40,000 bases of DNA from Lancefieldella sp. Marseille-QA0953 (GCA_965119715.1 OZ221969.1:739620-779619); one strand, 5' to 3'. Positions 9,065-19,839 are shown, counted from the stretch's first letter. Program-made: numbers and translations. The notes: generated by a model from the letters alone, not told the origin.

Positions 9065-11089
9065 ATGGCATTTGGCGCAGTAAACATTGCACTTATTTCA
9101 ATTGCAATTTCTGCAATTGGTGCAATTGTTGCATTACTCTTTAAGTCAAATTTTTCGCTCAACAAAAACCTCTCAAGTGTGATTGGTATAGTTGCAGCAT
9201 TATTTGGTATTTATGCAGGCTTTTTAGGAATGACTGGACAAGGTGAGCTTGTAAGCTATGCTACTCCATTTCCTTTTGCAAGCCTCTCACTTTTAGTTAA
9301 TCCACTTTCTGGATTACTACTATTTGTACTATCGCTGCTTGCGCTCGTTGCTTGGATTTATGGCTTAAGCTACATGGATGAATACAAGAAACAAGGAGCT
9401 ATGACCTTTGGCTTCTTTATGCATACCTTTATTTTGTCAATGGCGCTTGTTGTTTTGGCAGATAATGCATTTTGGTTCTTAGTATTCTTCGAGTTAATGT
9501 CACTTACTTCATACTTCTTAGTAACCATTGAGCAAAGCAAGGCATCAACACATGCTGGTCTTATGTATATGGTAATGGCTCATGCAGGGCTCTTAATGAT
9601 TATGGCTGCCTTCCTCTTATTTGGAAGCCAGGCAGGTTCATTAGAGTTTGAGGCATTTAGACAAACCCAACTAAGCCCAGTACTTGCAAGCGCAGTATTC
9701 TTACTCACCTTTATCGGCTTTGGCATCAAAGCTGGTATGATTCCTTTCCATTCATGGTTACCACTTGCTCACCCATCTGCTCCATCAAACATTTCTGCTT
9801 TGATGTCAGGCGGTATGATCAAGATTGGTGTGTTTGGAATTGTTAAGGTTGCCTTTGACCTTCTACAAGGTTCAGAGCAAATGATTTGGTGGGGTCTTGT
9901 TATCGTAGGCTTTGGTGCAGTTTCATCTGTACTTGGAGTTATCTACGCCTTAGTAGAACACGATATTAAGAGACTTCTTGCATACCACTCAGTAGAAAAC
10001 ATCGGAATTATACTTTTGGGTGTTGGCGTAGGTATGGTAGGTGTTGCTTCAGGCAACAACGTTCTTGCCATCCTTGGTCTTGCTGGTGGTTTGTTCCACT
10101 TACTAAACCATGCAGTATTTAAGGGCCTCCTCTTCTTGGGTGCAGGTTCTATTACTTTTGCTGCACACACTAAGAACATGGAGCTTCTTGGTGGACTTGG
10201 CAGACTTATGCCTATCACCGCAACCTGCTTCTTAATTGGTTCACTTGCAATCTCTGCTCTACCACCACTTAACGGATTTGTTTCAGAGTGGTTAATCTAC
10301 CAAGGTCTCTTCTCATCAATCATGAGCGAAGGCATTGTAGTTATGGTAGTAAGCGCAGTAGCTATTGTTGCTCTTGCACTTACCGGAGCTCTTGCTGTTA
10401 CCTGCTTTGTTAAAGCATACGGTGTCAGCTTTGCAGGTACCCCAAGATCTGAGCAAGCTGCTAACGCTAAAGAAGTACCAGCTCCTATGAAACTTGCAAT
10501 GCTCATTCTTGCAGCATTCTGCGTAATCTTAGGTGTTGGAGCTCACTTTATTGTTCCAGTATTCTCAAGCATTGCAGAGGCAACTGCTTTAAGCCAGGGT
10601 GCACAAGTAACCGCAAATGTTGCTCTTGTTAACCCAGCAAGCTCAGCATTTACCTCAACCTTTGTTATTGCTGTTGTTCTTCTTATCGCAGTATTGGTTG
10701 CTCGTCTTATCCACAACATCTTTGGTGGAAATCAATTTGGCGAGAAGGTTGCACTACCTTGGGCAACTGGTTACAAACCAGATGTTCAAATGGCAGTTAC
10801 CGCAACTACCTTTGCTACCGGAGTTGAACACTTCTATGACTTCTTCTATGACTTAAGAAGAAACCTCTCATCTGGTAAGGGTGGAGTTGCTCGCGCATTT
10901 GACTCAATTGTCAATGGCGCAAGAAACATCGAGCCAGTATCTGATAAGTACTTGGTTGATGACACCGTTCGTGATGTTGAGAGCATGTCTGAAAAGATTA
11001 GAAGAATTGCTTCTGGTGACTTCCAGAAGTACGTACTGTACATCGTTGGTGCGCTCATTGTATTGCTCGCACTTGCTGTGATCTTATAA
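9065..11089 (+). CDS. hyfB: hydrogenase-4 membrane subunit B (NuoL/antiporter-like)
   Basis: 674 aa polytopic protein, similar in length to E. coli HyfB as I recall it, with NuoL/MrpA-type motifs (WLPLAHPSAPSNISALMSGGMIKIGVFG, LLAYHSVENIG). Confidence 0.85.
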   Translation: MAFGAVNIALISIAISAIGAIVALLFKSNFSLNKNLSSVIGIVAALFGIYAGFLGMTGQGELVSYATPFPFASLSLLVNPLSGLLLFVLSLLALVAWIYGLSYMDEYKKQGAMTFGFFMHTFILSMALVVLADNAFWFLVFFELMSLTSYFLVTIEQSKASTHAGLMYMVMAHAGLLMIMAAFLLFGSQAGSLEFEAFRQTQLSPVLASAVFLLTFIGFGIKAGMIPFHSWLPLAHPSAPSNISALMSGGMIKIGVFGIVKVAFDLLQGSEQMIWWGLVIVGFGAVSSVLGVIYALVEHDIKRLLAYHSVENIGIILLGVGVGMVGVASGNNVLAILGLAGGLFHLLNHAVFKGLLFLGAGSITFAAHTKNMELLGGLGRLMPITATCFLIGSLAISALPPLNGFVSEWLIYQGLFSSIMSEGIVVMVVSAVAIVALALTGALAVTCFVKAYGVSFAGTPRSEQAANAKEVPAPMKLAMLILAAFCVILGVGAHFIVPVFSSIAEATALSQGAQVTANVALVNPASSAFTSTFVIAVVLLIAVLVARLIHNIFGGNQFGEKVALPWATGYKPDVQMAVTATTFATGVEHFYDFFYDLRRNLSSGKGGVARAFDSIVNGARNIEPVSDKYLVDDTVRDVESMSEKIRRIASGDFQKYVLYIVGALIVLLALAVIL

Positions 11090-11105
11090 GGGGAGGTAAT
11101 AGTAT

Positions 11106-12038
11106 ATGTTAATCAACGCATTACTTGGATTTATTCAAGCATTATTGCTCTTATTATTAACTCCTCTGTTTACAGGTATTTCTCGTAAACTTAGAGCTAG
11201 AATCCAAACTCGTAAGGGAGCTCCTATTTTGCAAGATTATTACGACCTTGCAAAATTATTTTCCCGCCAAGAAATGGTAACCAAGAATGCTGGTCCAATC
11301 TTTAAATGGATGCCAGCTATTTACCTTGGTTCTTACTTTGCAATTGCTATGGGTCTTCCACTGCTTACTGCAAATAGCCCAATTCCATTTTTGGCAGATG
11401 TAATAACTATCATTTACTTGCTTGCAGTGCCACGCTTCTTCTTTGCACTTGCATCTATCGACTCCTCATCTTCATTTGCTGGTGTTGGTGGTGTTCGTGA
11501 GTTGATCGTGTCAACACTTGTTGAGCCAGGAATGATGCTTTCACTTATCGTAGTTGCTCTTCTTGCAGGAACAACTTCAATTACAGAGATTTCAATTATG
11601 AATCTCACTGGAAACATTCCAGCACTTATGGCTTTTGTAGTTGCAGGAATTGCATTTGCATACTGCACCTATATTGAGCTTGGAAAGCTTCCATACGACT
11701 TAGCAGAAGCAGAGCAAGAGCTTCAAGAAGGTCCACTTACTGAGTATTCAGGTGCATCTCTTGCATTCCTAAAACTTGGTATGGGGATGAAGCAGCTTGT
11801 AATGCTCGGCCTATTTATTGCTATCTTCTTACCATTTGGAGCATCACTTGATGGCTCATTTATCTCAGTTCTACTCGCAATTGTGATCTTACTGGTAAAG
11901 ATTTTAGTAATTTTCTTTATTGTTGGAATTATTGAAAACGTTGTTGCTCGTGTTCGTTTTGCTAACGCATCTCATCAAATTTGGGTGTCACTTGGCATTG
12001 CGTCACTTGCCTTTGTTTTCTTAATCGTTGGAATTTAG
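11106..12038 (+). CDS. hyfC: hydrogenase-4 membrane subunit C (NuoH-like; HyfC/HycD)
   Basis: 310 aa. The N-terminus LTPLFTGISRKLRARIQTRKGAPILQDYYDLAKLFSRQ parallels HycD (APLLSGITRVARARLHNRRGPGVLQEY). Confidence 0.85.
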   Translation: MLINALLGFIQALLLLLLTPLFTGISRKLRARIQTRKGAPILQDYYDLAKLFSRQEMVTKNAGPIFKWMPAIYLGSYFAIAMGLPLLTANSPIPFLADVITIIYLLAVPRFFFALASIDSSSSFAGVGGVRELIVSTLVEPGMMLSLIVVALLAGTTSITEISIMNLTGNIPALMAFVVAGIAFAYCTYIELGKLPYDLAEAEQELQEGPLTEYSGASLAFLKLGMGMKQLVMLGLFIAIFLPFGASLDGSFISVLLAIVILLVKILVIFFIVGIIENVVARVRFANASHQIWVSLGIASLAFVFLIVGI

Positions 12039-12052
12039 GGCGGTGATAATTG

Positions 12053-13543
12053 ATGTTTGCTTTAGAAACTTTAAGTATTAGCGCTCTAGCTGCAATTGCT
12101 ATTCCATTTATTGGTGCTTTAATTATTGCCCTTACCAAGAGAAGCTCTGCAAAATACATTGCAATTTGTTTTGCTCTTGTATCACTTGTAGCTTCACTCT
12201 TTAACTCATATGTATACTTTGCTAATGGCAAAGCGGTAACGGTATTTAATTATCTAAGCCTTGGGGACACAAACCTTATAGGGTTTATCTTTGATAACCT
12301 CTCAACCCTTTTAGCTCCAGCATTTGTTGGTATTGGTTTATTGGTACTTATCTATGCTAAGGGCTATTTGAATGAGAAGAACCGTGAGCATGCAGATGTA
12401 GGACATAAGCGTTTTTATGCACTCTTCTTAGTGTTCATTGGTGCTATGGCTGGTTTAGCTTACTCGTCAACCATCCTTTCACAGTTAATATTCTTTGAAA
12501 TTACTGGTGCATGTTCTTGGGGTTTAATTGGTTACTACCAATCAGACGCTGCACATTCTGCATCTGATAAGGCGCTCATTGTAACCCACATTGCATCTCT
12601 TGGTATGTTTTTAGCTGCAGCAGTTCTCTTCATTATGACGGGAACCTTTGAACTTACTGCACTTTCACAAATCGAGGGTCCTTGGAAGATTTTTATACTC
12701 CTCTGCATTATGTTTGCAGCTTGGGGTAAGTCAGCTCAGCTTCCTCTCTACATGTGGCTACCAAGCGCTATGACCGCTCCAACCCCTGTATCTGCTTACC
12801 TCCATGGTGGTTCTATGGTTAAGGTTGGAGTTTACGTATACGCTCGTGCTATTTATTCTGCAGGATCAATTCCTGAGGTAGTAGCTTGGGTTGGTATTAT
12901 TGGTGCAATCATTACCTTAGTCTTCTCATTCATTGAGTACTTACCTCAAAAAGACATGAAGAGACTGCTTGCATTTTCTACCATCTCTCAGCTCTCATAC
13001 ATCTTCTTAGCTCTCTCAGTTGCAGCACTTGCTGTAGCTCAAGGTCAGGGCTTACAAGAGGGTGCAGCTCAAATGGCATTCAATGGTGGTGTTGCTCACA
13101 TCTTTAACCATGCATTTGCTAAGACCTTATTCTTCTTAGTTGCTGGTACCATCGCATTTACTGTAGGTATGAGAGACTTAACCAGAATGGGCGGACTCAT
13201 CAAAAAGATGCCTATTGTAGGTATCGCATTTATTTGCGCAGCCCTCGCTGTTGCTGGTGTGCCTCCATTCTCAGGATTCTTCTCAAAGTTCCAAATCTTT
13301 GCAGGAGGTTTCCTCGTAGCACAAAACTCATGGTTACTTCTACTTATCATGATTGTTGCCTTAGTTGAAACCCTTGCTTGCTTTGCTTGGTTCTTAATGT
13401 GGATCAACAGAGCTGTTTTGGGCGAGCCATCAAAAGAGATTGCTTCTGCTCAAGACGTTCCAGGAGAAATTAAATTTGTTCTTGGAGTTTTAATTGTAAT
13501 GACAGTTGTTTCCAGCTTTATGGCTGCGGCATGGTTAGGATAG
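12053..13543 (+). CDS. hyfD: hydrogenase-4 membrane subunit D (NuoM/N antiporter-like)
   Basis: ~496 aa polytopic protein containing WLPSAMTAPTPVSAYLHGGSMVKVGVY and LLAFSTISQLSY. I prefer the ATG at 12053 (7 nt after GGGCGGTG) over the TTG at 12050. Confidence 0.8.
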   Translation: MFALETLSISALAAIAIPFIGALIIALTKRSSAKYIAICFALVSLVASLFNSYVYFANGKAVTVFNYLSLGDTNLIGFIFDNLSTLLAPAFVGIGLLVLIYAKGYLNEKNREHADVGHKRFYALFLVFIGAMAGLAYSSTILSQLIFFEITGACSWGLIGYYQSDAAHSASDKALIVTHIASLGMFLAAAVLFIMTGTFELTALSQIEGPWKIFILLCIMFAAWGKSAQLPLYMWLPSAMTAPTPVSAYLHGGSMVKVGVYVYARAIYSAGSIPEVVAWVGIIGAIITLVFSFIEYLPQKDMKRLLAFSTISQLSYIFLALSVAALAVAQGQGLQEGAAQMAFNGGVAHIFNHAFAKTLFFLVAGTIAFTVGMRDLTRMGGLIKKMPIVGIAFICAALAVAGVPPFSGFFSKFQIFAGGFLVAQNSWLLLLIMIVALVETLACFAWFLMWINRAVLGEPSKEIASAQDVPGEIKFVLGVLIVMTVVSSFMAAAWLG

Positions 13544-13553
13544 GAGGGAAAGT

Positions 13554-14207
13554 ATGTCAGGATTAGTGATAGTAAACATACTAGCAGCGCTGCTTGTTAT
13601 TAGCTCAATGCTAGTGGTACTTTCAAAAACAGCTGTTGGCGCTGCCAAGTTATATGCTGTACAGTCTCTCATCTTAATCGGATGCTTTATTGCACTTGGT
13701 TTTGCAACCGGCTCTACCGAACTCTTTGTTTGGTCAGGTACTGCCTTTTTAACCAAAGTGATTTTAGTACCAGCTGTTTTAATCTATGCATTTAAGAAAA
13801 TTGGACAAACTGATTCAAATTATGGCCAAAAGATTACTCCAGTTAAGTTTGTAATCTTAGCGGTTGTAGAATTAGCACTCTGCTTCTTTGTAGTACAAGG
13901 CATTAACATCCCAAGTGCTCAAAATGTGTATCCTGCTTTAGCAGTTTCACTTGCACACTTCTTTATTGGTATGACCTGCATTGTTACTCAGAAAAACATT
14001 TTGAAGCAGATCTTAGGTTACTGTCTGATGGAAAACGGCTCACACTTAACTCTTGCACTCCTTGCTCCACAGGCTCCAGAGCTTGTAGAAATTGGTGTTG
14101 CAACAGATGCTGTATTTGCGGTAATCATTATGGCTATTTTGGCAGTAAAGATTTATAGAAGATACAAGAGCTTGGATAGTGGCGAGCTCACGGAGCTAAG
14201 GGGGTAA
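13554..14207 (+). CDS. hyfE: hydrogenase-4 membrane subunit E
   Basis: 217 aa, near-collinear with E. coli HyfE as I recall it (ILKQILGYCLMENGSHLTLALLAPQAPELVEIGVATDAVFAVIIM versus ILRQIFGYCLMENGSHLVLALLAWRAPELVEIGIATDAIFAVIVM). This subunit is specific to Hyf-type complexes. Confidence 0.9.
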   Translation: MSGLVIVNILAALLVISSMLVVLSKTAVGAAKLYAVQSLILIGCFIALGFATGSTELFVWSGTAFLTKVILVPAVLIYAFKKIGQTDSNYGQKITPVKFVILAVVELALCFFVVQGINIPSAQNVYPALAVSLAHFFIGMTCIVTQKNILKQILGYCLMENGSHLTLALLAPQAPELVEIGVATDAVFAVIIMAILAVKIYRRYKSLDSGELTELRG

Positions 14208-14210
14208 GTG

Positions 14211-15752
14211 ATGTCTGTAATTTTACTTGGATTATTAGCTAGCCCTCTCGTTGCCGCACTGTTGATGGCTATTATCCCTGCAAAGTCTAAGGGCGTATTT
14301 GAAGTACTTCACATTCTTTCGATTATTGCAGTACTTGGCTTTGGAATTGCGGCTATTGCATCAAATCTTCAAGGACAAACCCTTACCGCTTTAGGCGACT
14401 GGTTTGTGCTCGATAAGCTTGGCGTAATATTTGTTGGACTTATTAGTGTTGTTGGATTTTTAACTGGAGTATTTTCACTCCCATATGTAAGCCACGACTA
14501 TGAAGAAGGAAAACTTGATGTAGGAAAGGTAAAACTTTACTACGCACTATATAGTGTCTTCCTCTTTACCATGATTTTGGCTGCAACCACCAACAACGTA
14601 ATCTTAATGTGGGTTGCTGTTGAGGCTACTACCTTGGCAACTGCCTTCTTAGTTGGAATTTATTCAAACAAGAAGTCACTCGAGGCTGCTTGGAAGTACG
14701 TAATTGTATGTACCTGCGGTGTAGCATTTGGTCTCTATGGTACTGTGCTCTTTTATGCAGACGCAGCTAACGTACTTGCTGATCCACACACTGCAGTATT
14801 TTGGAGCTCAATTCTAGAGAATGCTAAGTCTCTTGACCCTCGCTTAACTCAGATTGCCTTTGTATTTATTGCAGTAGGATTTGGTACTAAGGCCGGTTTA
14901 TTCCCAATGCATACCTGGTTACCAGATGCACACGCTGAAGCTCCAAGTCCAGTATCAGCTCTACTTTCTGGTGTGCTCCTAAAGTGCGCTGCTTTAGTAA
15001 TCATCAGATTCTATACGCTAAGCTCTGTAGCAATTGGTCCTGAGTTCCCTCAGCTCGTAATGCTTATCTTGGGTGTAACTTCTGTTGTTGTTGCAGCACT
15101 CTTCTTCTTTGCACAAGATGACTTCAAGCGTAAGCTTGCATACTCATCAACAGAAAACATTGGTATTGTTGCAATCTGCCTTGGCTTTGGCGGTCCAATT
15201 GGTATCTTTGCTGCACTCTTCCATTGTGTGGCTCATGCACTTACCAAGGGTCTTCTATTTTGCATCTCTGGTAACCTCTTAATGAGATATAACACCAGAG
15301 ACTTAAAGAAGATCCAAGGTATCGCACAGATGATGCCACTTACTGCAACAATCATGGTACTTGCTTTATTTGCACTTGCAGGATTCCCACCACTTGCACT
15401 ATTCTGGTCAGAAATTAACATGATCATTGCAGGTATCCAGGGTGGTTACTTACTACTTGTAATCTTAATCCTTGCAGCTCTTACCATTGTTATTGCTGGT
15501 GTTGCTAGAATTCTTAACAACTCTGTACTCAAAGACAGATCAGAAGAAGAACCACATGACAAAAAAGAGCTTGGTGCTTTAGTATTAATACCAGAAGCAA
15601 TTATGATTGCTTTAGTTTTATGGATTGGTATTTGTATGCCAGCTCCATTAACAAACGCCATTCAAGAAGGTTCTGCAATAGTTTTACAGGAAGATATTTC
15701 TAACCTAGAACTATTTAGCAACAATTTTGATACGCAAGTTGTCCAGAAATAG
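14211..15752 (+). CDS. hyfF: hydrogenase-4 membrane subunit F (NuoN/M antiporter-like)
   Basis: ~513 aa polytopic protein containing WLPDAHAEAPSPVSALLSGVLLKCA and KLAYSSTENIG. I prefer the ATG at 14211 (6 nt after AGGGGG) over the GTG at 14208. Confidence 0.8.
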   Translation: MSVILLGLLASPLVAALLMAIIPAKSKGVFEVLHILSIIAVLGFGIAAIASNLQGQTLTALGDWFVLDKLGVIFVGLISVVGFLTGVFSLPYVSHDYEEGKLDVGKVKLYYALYSVFLFTMILAATTNNVILMWVAVEATTLATAFLVGIYSNKKSLEAAWKYVIVCTCGVAFGLYGTVLFYADAANVLADPHTAVFWSSILENAKSLDPRLTQIAFVFIAVGFGTKAGLFPMHTWLPDAHAEAPSPVSALLSGVLLKCAALVIIRFYTLSSVAIGPEFPQLVMLILGVTSVVVAALFFFAQDDFKRKLAYSSTENIGIVAICLGFGGPIGIFAALFHCVAHALTKGLLFCISGNLLMRYNTRDLKKIQGIAQMMPLTATIMVLALFALAGFPPLALFWSEINMIIAGIQGGYLLLVILILAALTIVIAGVARILNNSVLKDRSEEEPHDKKELGALVLIPEAIMIALVLWIGICMPAPLTNAIQEGSAIVLQEDISNLELFSNNFDTQVVQK

Positions 15753-15767
15753 GGAGGTGGTACTTGC

Positions 15768-17513
15768 ATGAGTGAAGTAGAAGTAAAAAATAAAGCTGCA
15801 AAGCCCCTAAAAAAAGGTGAAACTCACGTCATTGCTGCTAAAGAAAAGTTTGGCGCAGCAATCAAGAGTGCAACTTGGGAAGATTCTCAGCAGCTAACCG
15901 TTACCGTTGAGCTTTCTAAACTTCCTGAAATCGTAGAGTTTTTCTACTACGGTAGAGGCGGTTGGATCAGCGTTGTTGTTGGTAACGATGAAAGACCTCT
16001 TACTGGTGAATACGGCCTCTACTACGTAATGAGTATGGAAGAAGAGGACCGTTGTGTTTTAACTGTTAGAGCTTTGGTGGATGAGCATAGCATGCATTAT
16101 CCATCAGTAACTCCACGCGTTCCTGCTTGTGTATGGGGAGAGCGTGAGCTTTACGATATGTTTGGTCTGGTAGGCGATGGTCTACCAGACAAAAGAAGAC
16201 TGGTATTACCTGATGACTGGCCAGAAGATCTTTTCCCACTGAGAAAAGACTCAATGGACTATCGTCACCGTCCAGTTCCTACAACTGAAGAAGAGACCTA
16301 TACCTTTGTAAATGATAATCGTGGTAAAGAGACTACCGTTGTTCCAATGGGTCCTCTCCACATCATTTCAGACGAGCCTGGTCACTTTAGACTCTTTACC
16401 GAAGGTGAGCACATTATTGATGCTGACTATCGTATGTTCTACGTACACCGCGGTATGGAAAAAGTTGCAGAAGCTCGTATGGACTATAACCAGGTAACCT
16501 TCTTAACTGACCGCATCTGCGGAATTTGTGGTTATGCTCACTCAGTAGCATATGCTCATTCCATTGAAGCTGCTCTTGGCATTCAGGTGCCAAAGCGTGC
16601 TGAGGCTATTAGAGCAATCTTGCTAGAAACTGAGCGTATGCACTCACACCTTCTAAACCTCGGTCTCGCAAGCCACTTTATTGGTTTTGATACTGGTTAT
16701 AACCACTTATTTAGAGAGCGTGAAAAGGCTATGGAGCTCGCTGAGATCCTAACCGGTTCAAGAAAGACTTACGGACTCAACCTTATTGGTGGTATCCGCA
16801 GAGATATCTTGGCCGAGCAAAAGCTTTCACTCTTTAAATACATTAGGGACCTTCGTGAGTCAGTGGGCTACATTAAAGAGCAGCTCCTCTCAACACCAAA
16901 CGTTGAGTCAAGAACTAAAGGCATTGGTGTTTTGGACAGAAAAGTTGCTCGTGACTTCTCTCCAGTAGGACCAATGGTAAGAGGTTCAGGATTTGGACGT
17001 GACGTTCGTGCGCTTCATCCATTTGGCGGGTATGCTATGACTCATGTTGAGCCAGTAACCCAAGATGGTTGTGACGTTTTATCAAGAACCTTGGTAAGAT
17101 TTGGCGAGTTCTTCCAGTCACTTGACATCATCGAAGACCTTCTCCAAAACACTCCAGAAGGACCAGTTCTCTTTGAGAACTTTAGATATGAACCTCATCG
17201 TCATGGTGTAGGCTACACTGAAGCTCCTCGTGGAGAGGATGTTCACTGGTCAATGCTTGGTGACAACCAAAAGGTTTACCGCTGGAGATGTAAGGCTGCT
17301 ACCTATTCAAACTGGCCAGCACTGAGATACATGTTAAGAGGTAACACCGTATCTGATGCTCCAATTATTATCGGTTCGCTTGACCCTTGTTATTCTTGCA
17401 CCGACCGTGTAACGGTTATTGATGTTAAGAAGAAAAAGCAAGCTCACACCAGCTTTGATGAGCTTAAAGCGTATGCAGCTGATAGAAGACATTCACCTCT
17501 AAGGTGGGAGTAA
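15768..17513 (+). CDS. hyfG: [NiFe] hydrogenase large subunit, NuoC-NuoD fusion type (HyfG/HycE)
   Basis: 581 aa. The Ni-binding CxxC pairs are RICGICGYAHS (N-terminal motif) and DPCYSCTDR (C-terminal motif). A ~30-aa tail follows, consistent with HycI cleavage. Confidence 0.92.
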   Translation: MSEVEVKNKAAKPLKKGETHVIAAKEKFGAAIKSATWEDSQQLTVTVELSKLPEIVEFFYYGRGGWISVVVGNDERPLTGEYGLYYVMSMEEEDRCVLTVRALVDEHSMHYPSVTPRVPACVWGERELYDMFGLVGDGLPDKRRLVLPDDWPEDLFPLRKDSMDYRHRPVPTTEEETYTFVNDNRGKETTVVPMGPLHIISDEPGHFRLFTEGEHIIDADYRMFYVHRGMEKVAEARMDYNQVTFLTDRICGICGYAHSVAYAHSIEAALGIQVPKRAEAIRAILLETERMHSHLLNLGLASHFIGFDTGYNHLFREREKAMELAEILTGSRKTYGLNLIGGIRRDILAEQKLSLFKYIRDLRESVGYIKEQLLSTPNVESRTKGIGVLDRKVARDFSPVGPMVRGSGFGRDVRALHPFGGYAMTHVEPVTQDGCDVLSRTLVRFGEFFQSLDIIEDLLQNTPEGPVLFENFRYEPHRHGVGYTEAPRGEDVHWSMLGDNQKVYRWRCKAATYSNWPALRYMLRGNTVSDAPIIIGSLDPCYSCTDRVTVIDVKKKKQAHTSFDELKAYAADRRHSPLRWE

Positions 17514-17516
17514 GCT

Positions 17517-18068
17517 ATGAGAAAAACCTTAAAAGAAGCCCTACGCGTTGGTGTTGCTACTAAAAAATATCCTTTTGCGCCTATTAAAGTGCCAGAGGAT
17601 ATGCGTGGTAAGCCTGAATACAACAAGTCTCAGTGCATCTGCTGTGCAGCATGCGCTGTGGCTTGTCCACCAAATGCTATTCAGGTATTTCCAGATATTA
17701 TTAACGGCTCAATTAAGTGGCAAATAGATCTTGGACGCTGCATCTTTTGCGGTAGATGTGAAGAGGTTTGCCCAACACGTGCAATCTGGCTCGGCCCTGA
17801 ATTTGAGCTTGCGGTAATGACCCGCGATGACTTATTAGAGGATGCTAACTTTGAGCTTGCCCAGTGCGAGCAGTGCGGTAAGTACTACGCTCCAAAGAAG
17901 CAAGTTGAGTATTTAAGCAAACTTTATGAGACCATCCACCCGGGTGGTAAAGGCGCAGATGCTGTTCAAGTTGCTGCAGCTCATGATATTCATATTTGCA
18001 CAGAGTGCAAGGCTAAAAATGACGGACTCAGAAGAAGTGAATCCTTATATGGCGAGGGAGGTAGATAA
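17517..18068 (+). CDS. hyfH: hydrogenase-4 2x[4Fe-4S] subunit (NuoI-like; HyfH/HycF)
   Basis: 183 aa containing CICCAACAVACP and CIFCGRCEEVCP. Confidence 0.85.
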   Translation: MRKTLKEALRVGVATKKYPFAPIKVPEDMRGKPEYNKSQCICCAACAVACPPNAIQVFPDIINGSIKWQIDLGRCIFCGRCEEVCPTRAIWLGPEFELAVMTRDDLLEDANFELAQCEQCGKYYAPKKQVEYLSKLYETIHPGGKGADAVQVAAAHDIHICTECKAKNDGLRRSESLYGEGGR

Positions 18069-18070
18069 AC

Positions 18071-18853
18071 ATGTCAGAGATTGCTCTTCCACAAAGTTTG
18101 CAAGCGCAAGTTGAAAAAGAGATTTTAGATGACGCTGTTGCTAATGCAAAAGCTAAGCTTTTAAAGTCTATTAAAAGATCAGCATATGTGTATCGTGTTG
18201 ACTGTGGTGGATGTAACGCTTGCGAGATTGAGATCTTTGCATCAATCATGCCTATCTTTGATGCTGAAAGATTTGGTATCAAGGTTGTTCCAACACCTCG
18301 TCAAGCAGATATCATGGTGTTTACGGGCGCTATGACACGTATGATGCGTGTTCCTGCTATGCGTGCATTCCAAGGTGCTCCAGATCCTAAGATTGTTGTA
18401 TCTTATGGTGCTTGTGGTGTTTCAGGTGGTATCTTCCACGATAACTACTGTGTATGGGGAGGAACCGACAAGATTTTCCCAGTTGATGTATACATCCCTG
18501 GTTGTCCTCCATCTCCAGCTCAGACTATCTATGGTTTTGCTACAGCACTTGGTCTTTTAGAGCAAAAGCAAAAGCGAACCACTCATGAAAACACTGTTGC
18601 TGAGAGTGCACAAATTAACCAAGCTAAGATTCCATACAAGCTTCGTGTTGCTCTTCAAGTAAAAGCACGCGAAATGAGTGGATATCTACATGGTAAGCAT
18701 ATTGCTGACCAGTTTATGGATCTATTGGCTAAAACTGATGGTGTAGACGTATTTGGTGACATCGATAGAGCAATAGCTCAACTTGAAGATCCAAGGCGTG
18801 CAGAAGTGTATAATGCACTTCGCCAAGTATTAAAGTCAATGACCATTCAATAA
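18071..18853 (+). CDS. hyfI: [NiFe] hydrogenase small subunit (NuoB-like; HyfI/HycG)
   Basis: 260 aa with the NuoB-type cluster ligands CGGCNACEIE ... GACGVSGG ... IPGCPPSP. Confidence 0.88.
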   Translation: MSEIALPQSLQAQVEKEILDDAVANAKAKLLKSIKRSAYVYRVDCGGCNACEIEIFASIMPIFDAERFGIKVVPTPRQADIMVFTGAMTRMMRVPAMRAFQGAPDPKIVVSYGACGVSGGIFHDNYCVWGGTDKIFPVDVYIPGCPPSPAQTIYGFATALGLLEQKQKRTTHENTVAESAQINQAKIPYKLRVALQVKAREMSGYLHGKHIADQFMDLLAKTDGVDVFGDIDRAIAQLEDPRRAEVYNALRQVLKSMTIQ

Positions 18854-18871
18854 TTGGGTTAACGGTGCTAC

Positions 18872-19354
18872 ATGTTTGAGTATACAGACGGAAATTGGGA
18901 TAAATCAGAGTATTTTGACTTTCCATCAGTAAAAACAGCAGACACTAGTGAGGAGCTCATAGCCTTCTATGAGCTCCACGCAAAGATTGTGGACTCATCA
19001 AAAGAAATGTCAGAAGACGCCAAACGACTAACCTATTACAACTTGTCTTTGGGCCATAACACCGGGGTGTGTGACCTCTTTGAAGAGAAGCTTATTGTAA
19101 AGAAATCTGTTTACAAAGAAGTGCTTGAGCTTATCGATGATGAAGAAGCCAAAGAGAAGCTCAGTGGTGTTATGGATTTTGATGAAATTTTAATTGATCA
19201 AAGCCATGTCTCAATGCTTTCTCATGCAACTGCAGATGCGTATGAAAAGTCACAAGATAGTGAGCAAAGAGAGTTCCTTTCAGAGTTTTCAAAGCTTATG
19301 CAGGATATTGCCTATGAAAAAGCAATTTATATTGTAGGAAGGAATTTCGAATAA
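18872..19354 (+). CDS. hyfJ: formate hydrogenlyase maturation protein HycH/HyfJ family
   Basis: 160 aa. YYNLSLGHNTGVCDLFE, ILIDQSHVSMLSHA and MQDIAYEKAIYIVGRN parallel E. coli HycH as I recall it (YYSLAIGHHLGVIDCLE, IVIDINHVPMLANA, LHDIHQENAIYLMVRR). Confidence 0.75.
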   Translation: MFEYTDGNWDKSEYFDFPSVKTADTSEELIAFYELHAKIVDSSKEMSEDAKRLTYYNLSLGHNTGVCDLFEEKLIVKKSVYKEVLELIDDEEAKEKLSGVMDFDEILIDQSHVSMLSHATADAYEKSQDSEQREFLSEFSKLMQDIAYEKAIYIVGRNFE

Positions 19355-19806
19355 TGAAAACACTTCTTATTGGCGTTGGCAGTATCTTAAGAACAGATGA
19401 TGGAGCAGGACCACTGTTAATTGAAAAAGTAGAGGCAAATCCTATAGAGGGTGTTGTCCCACTTGACGGTGGTACTGTTCCTGAAAATACCACACACATT
19501 GTGAAAGCTGAACAGCCAGATAGAGTAATTTTGGTTGATGCTGCTGAGATGAATATTGCTCCTGGAAGCATAAGACTTATTGATGAAAATGATATTGCAA
19601 AAAGTCTCTTTATCACTACCCATACTATGCCGCTAAATTTTTTGATTGATGCTTATAAAAAGATCTGTAAAGACATATACTTTATTGGTATTCAACCAAA
19701 ATCGCTTGAATTTTGCGACGAGATGAGTCCTGAGGTGTCTCAAGCAGTTGATACAGTGTATGAGTTAATCAAAACCGGTGCATTTGCCGATCTTGAATAT
19801 ATTTAA
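19354..19806 (+). CDS. hycI: hydrogenase large-subunit C-terminal maturation endopeptidase
   Basis: 150 aa. The N-terminal LLIGVGSILRTDDGAGP motif is typical of HycI/HybD proteases. TAATG stop-start overlap with hyfJ. Confidence 0.85.
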   Translation: MKTLLIGVGSILRTDDGAGPLLIEKVEANPIEGVVPLDGGTVPENTTHIVKAEQPDRVILVDAAEMNIAPGSIRLIDENDIAKSLFITTHTMPLNFLIDAYKKICKDIYFIGIQPKSLEFCDEMSPEVSQAVDTVYELIKTGAFADLEYI

Positions 19807-19839
19807 AGATTTGCACTAAGAGAAAAAGGGGGATCTTAA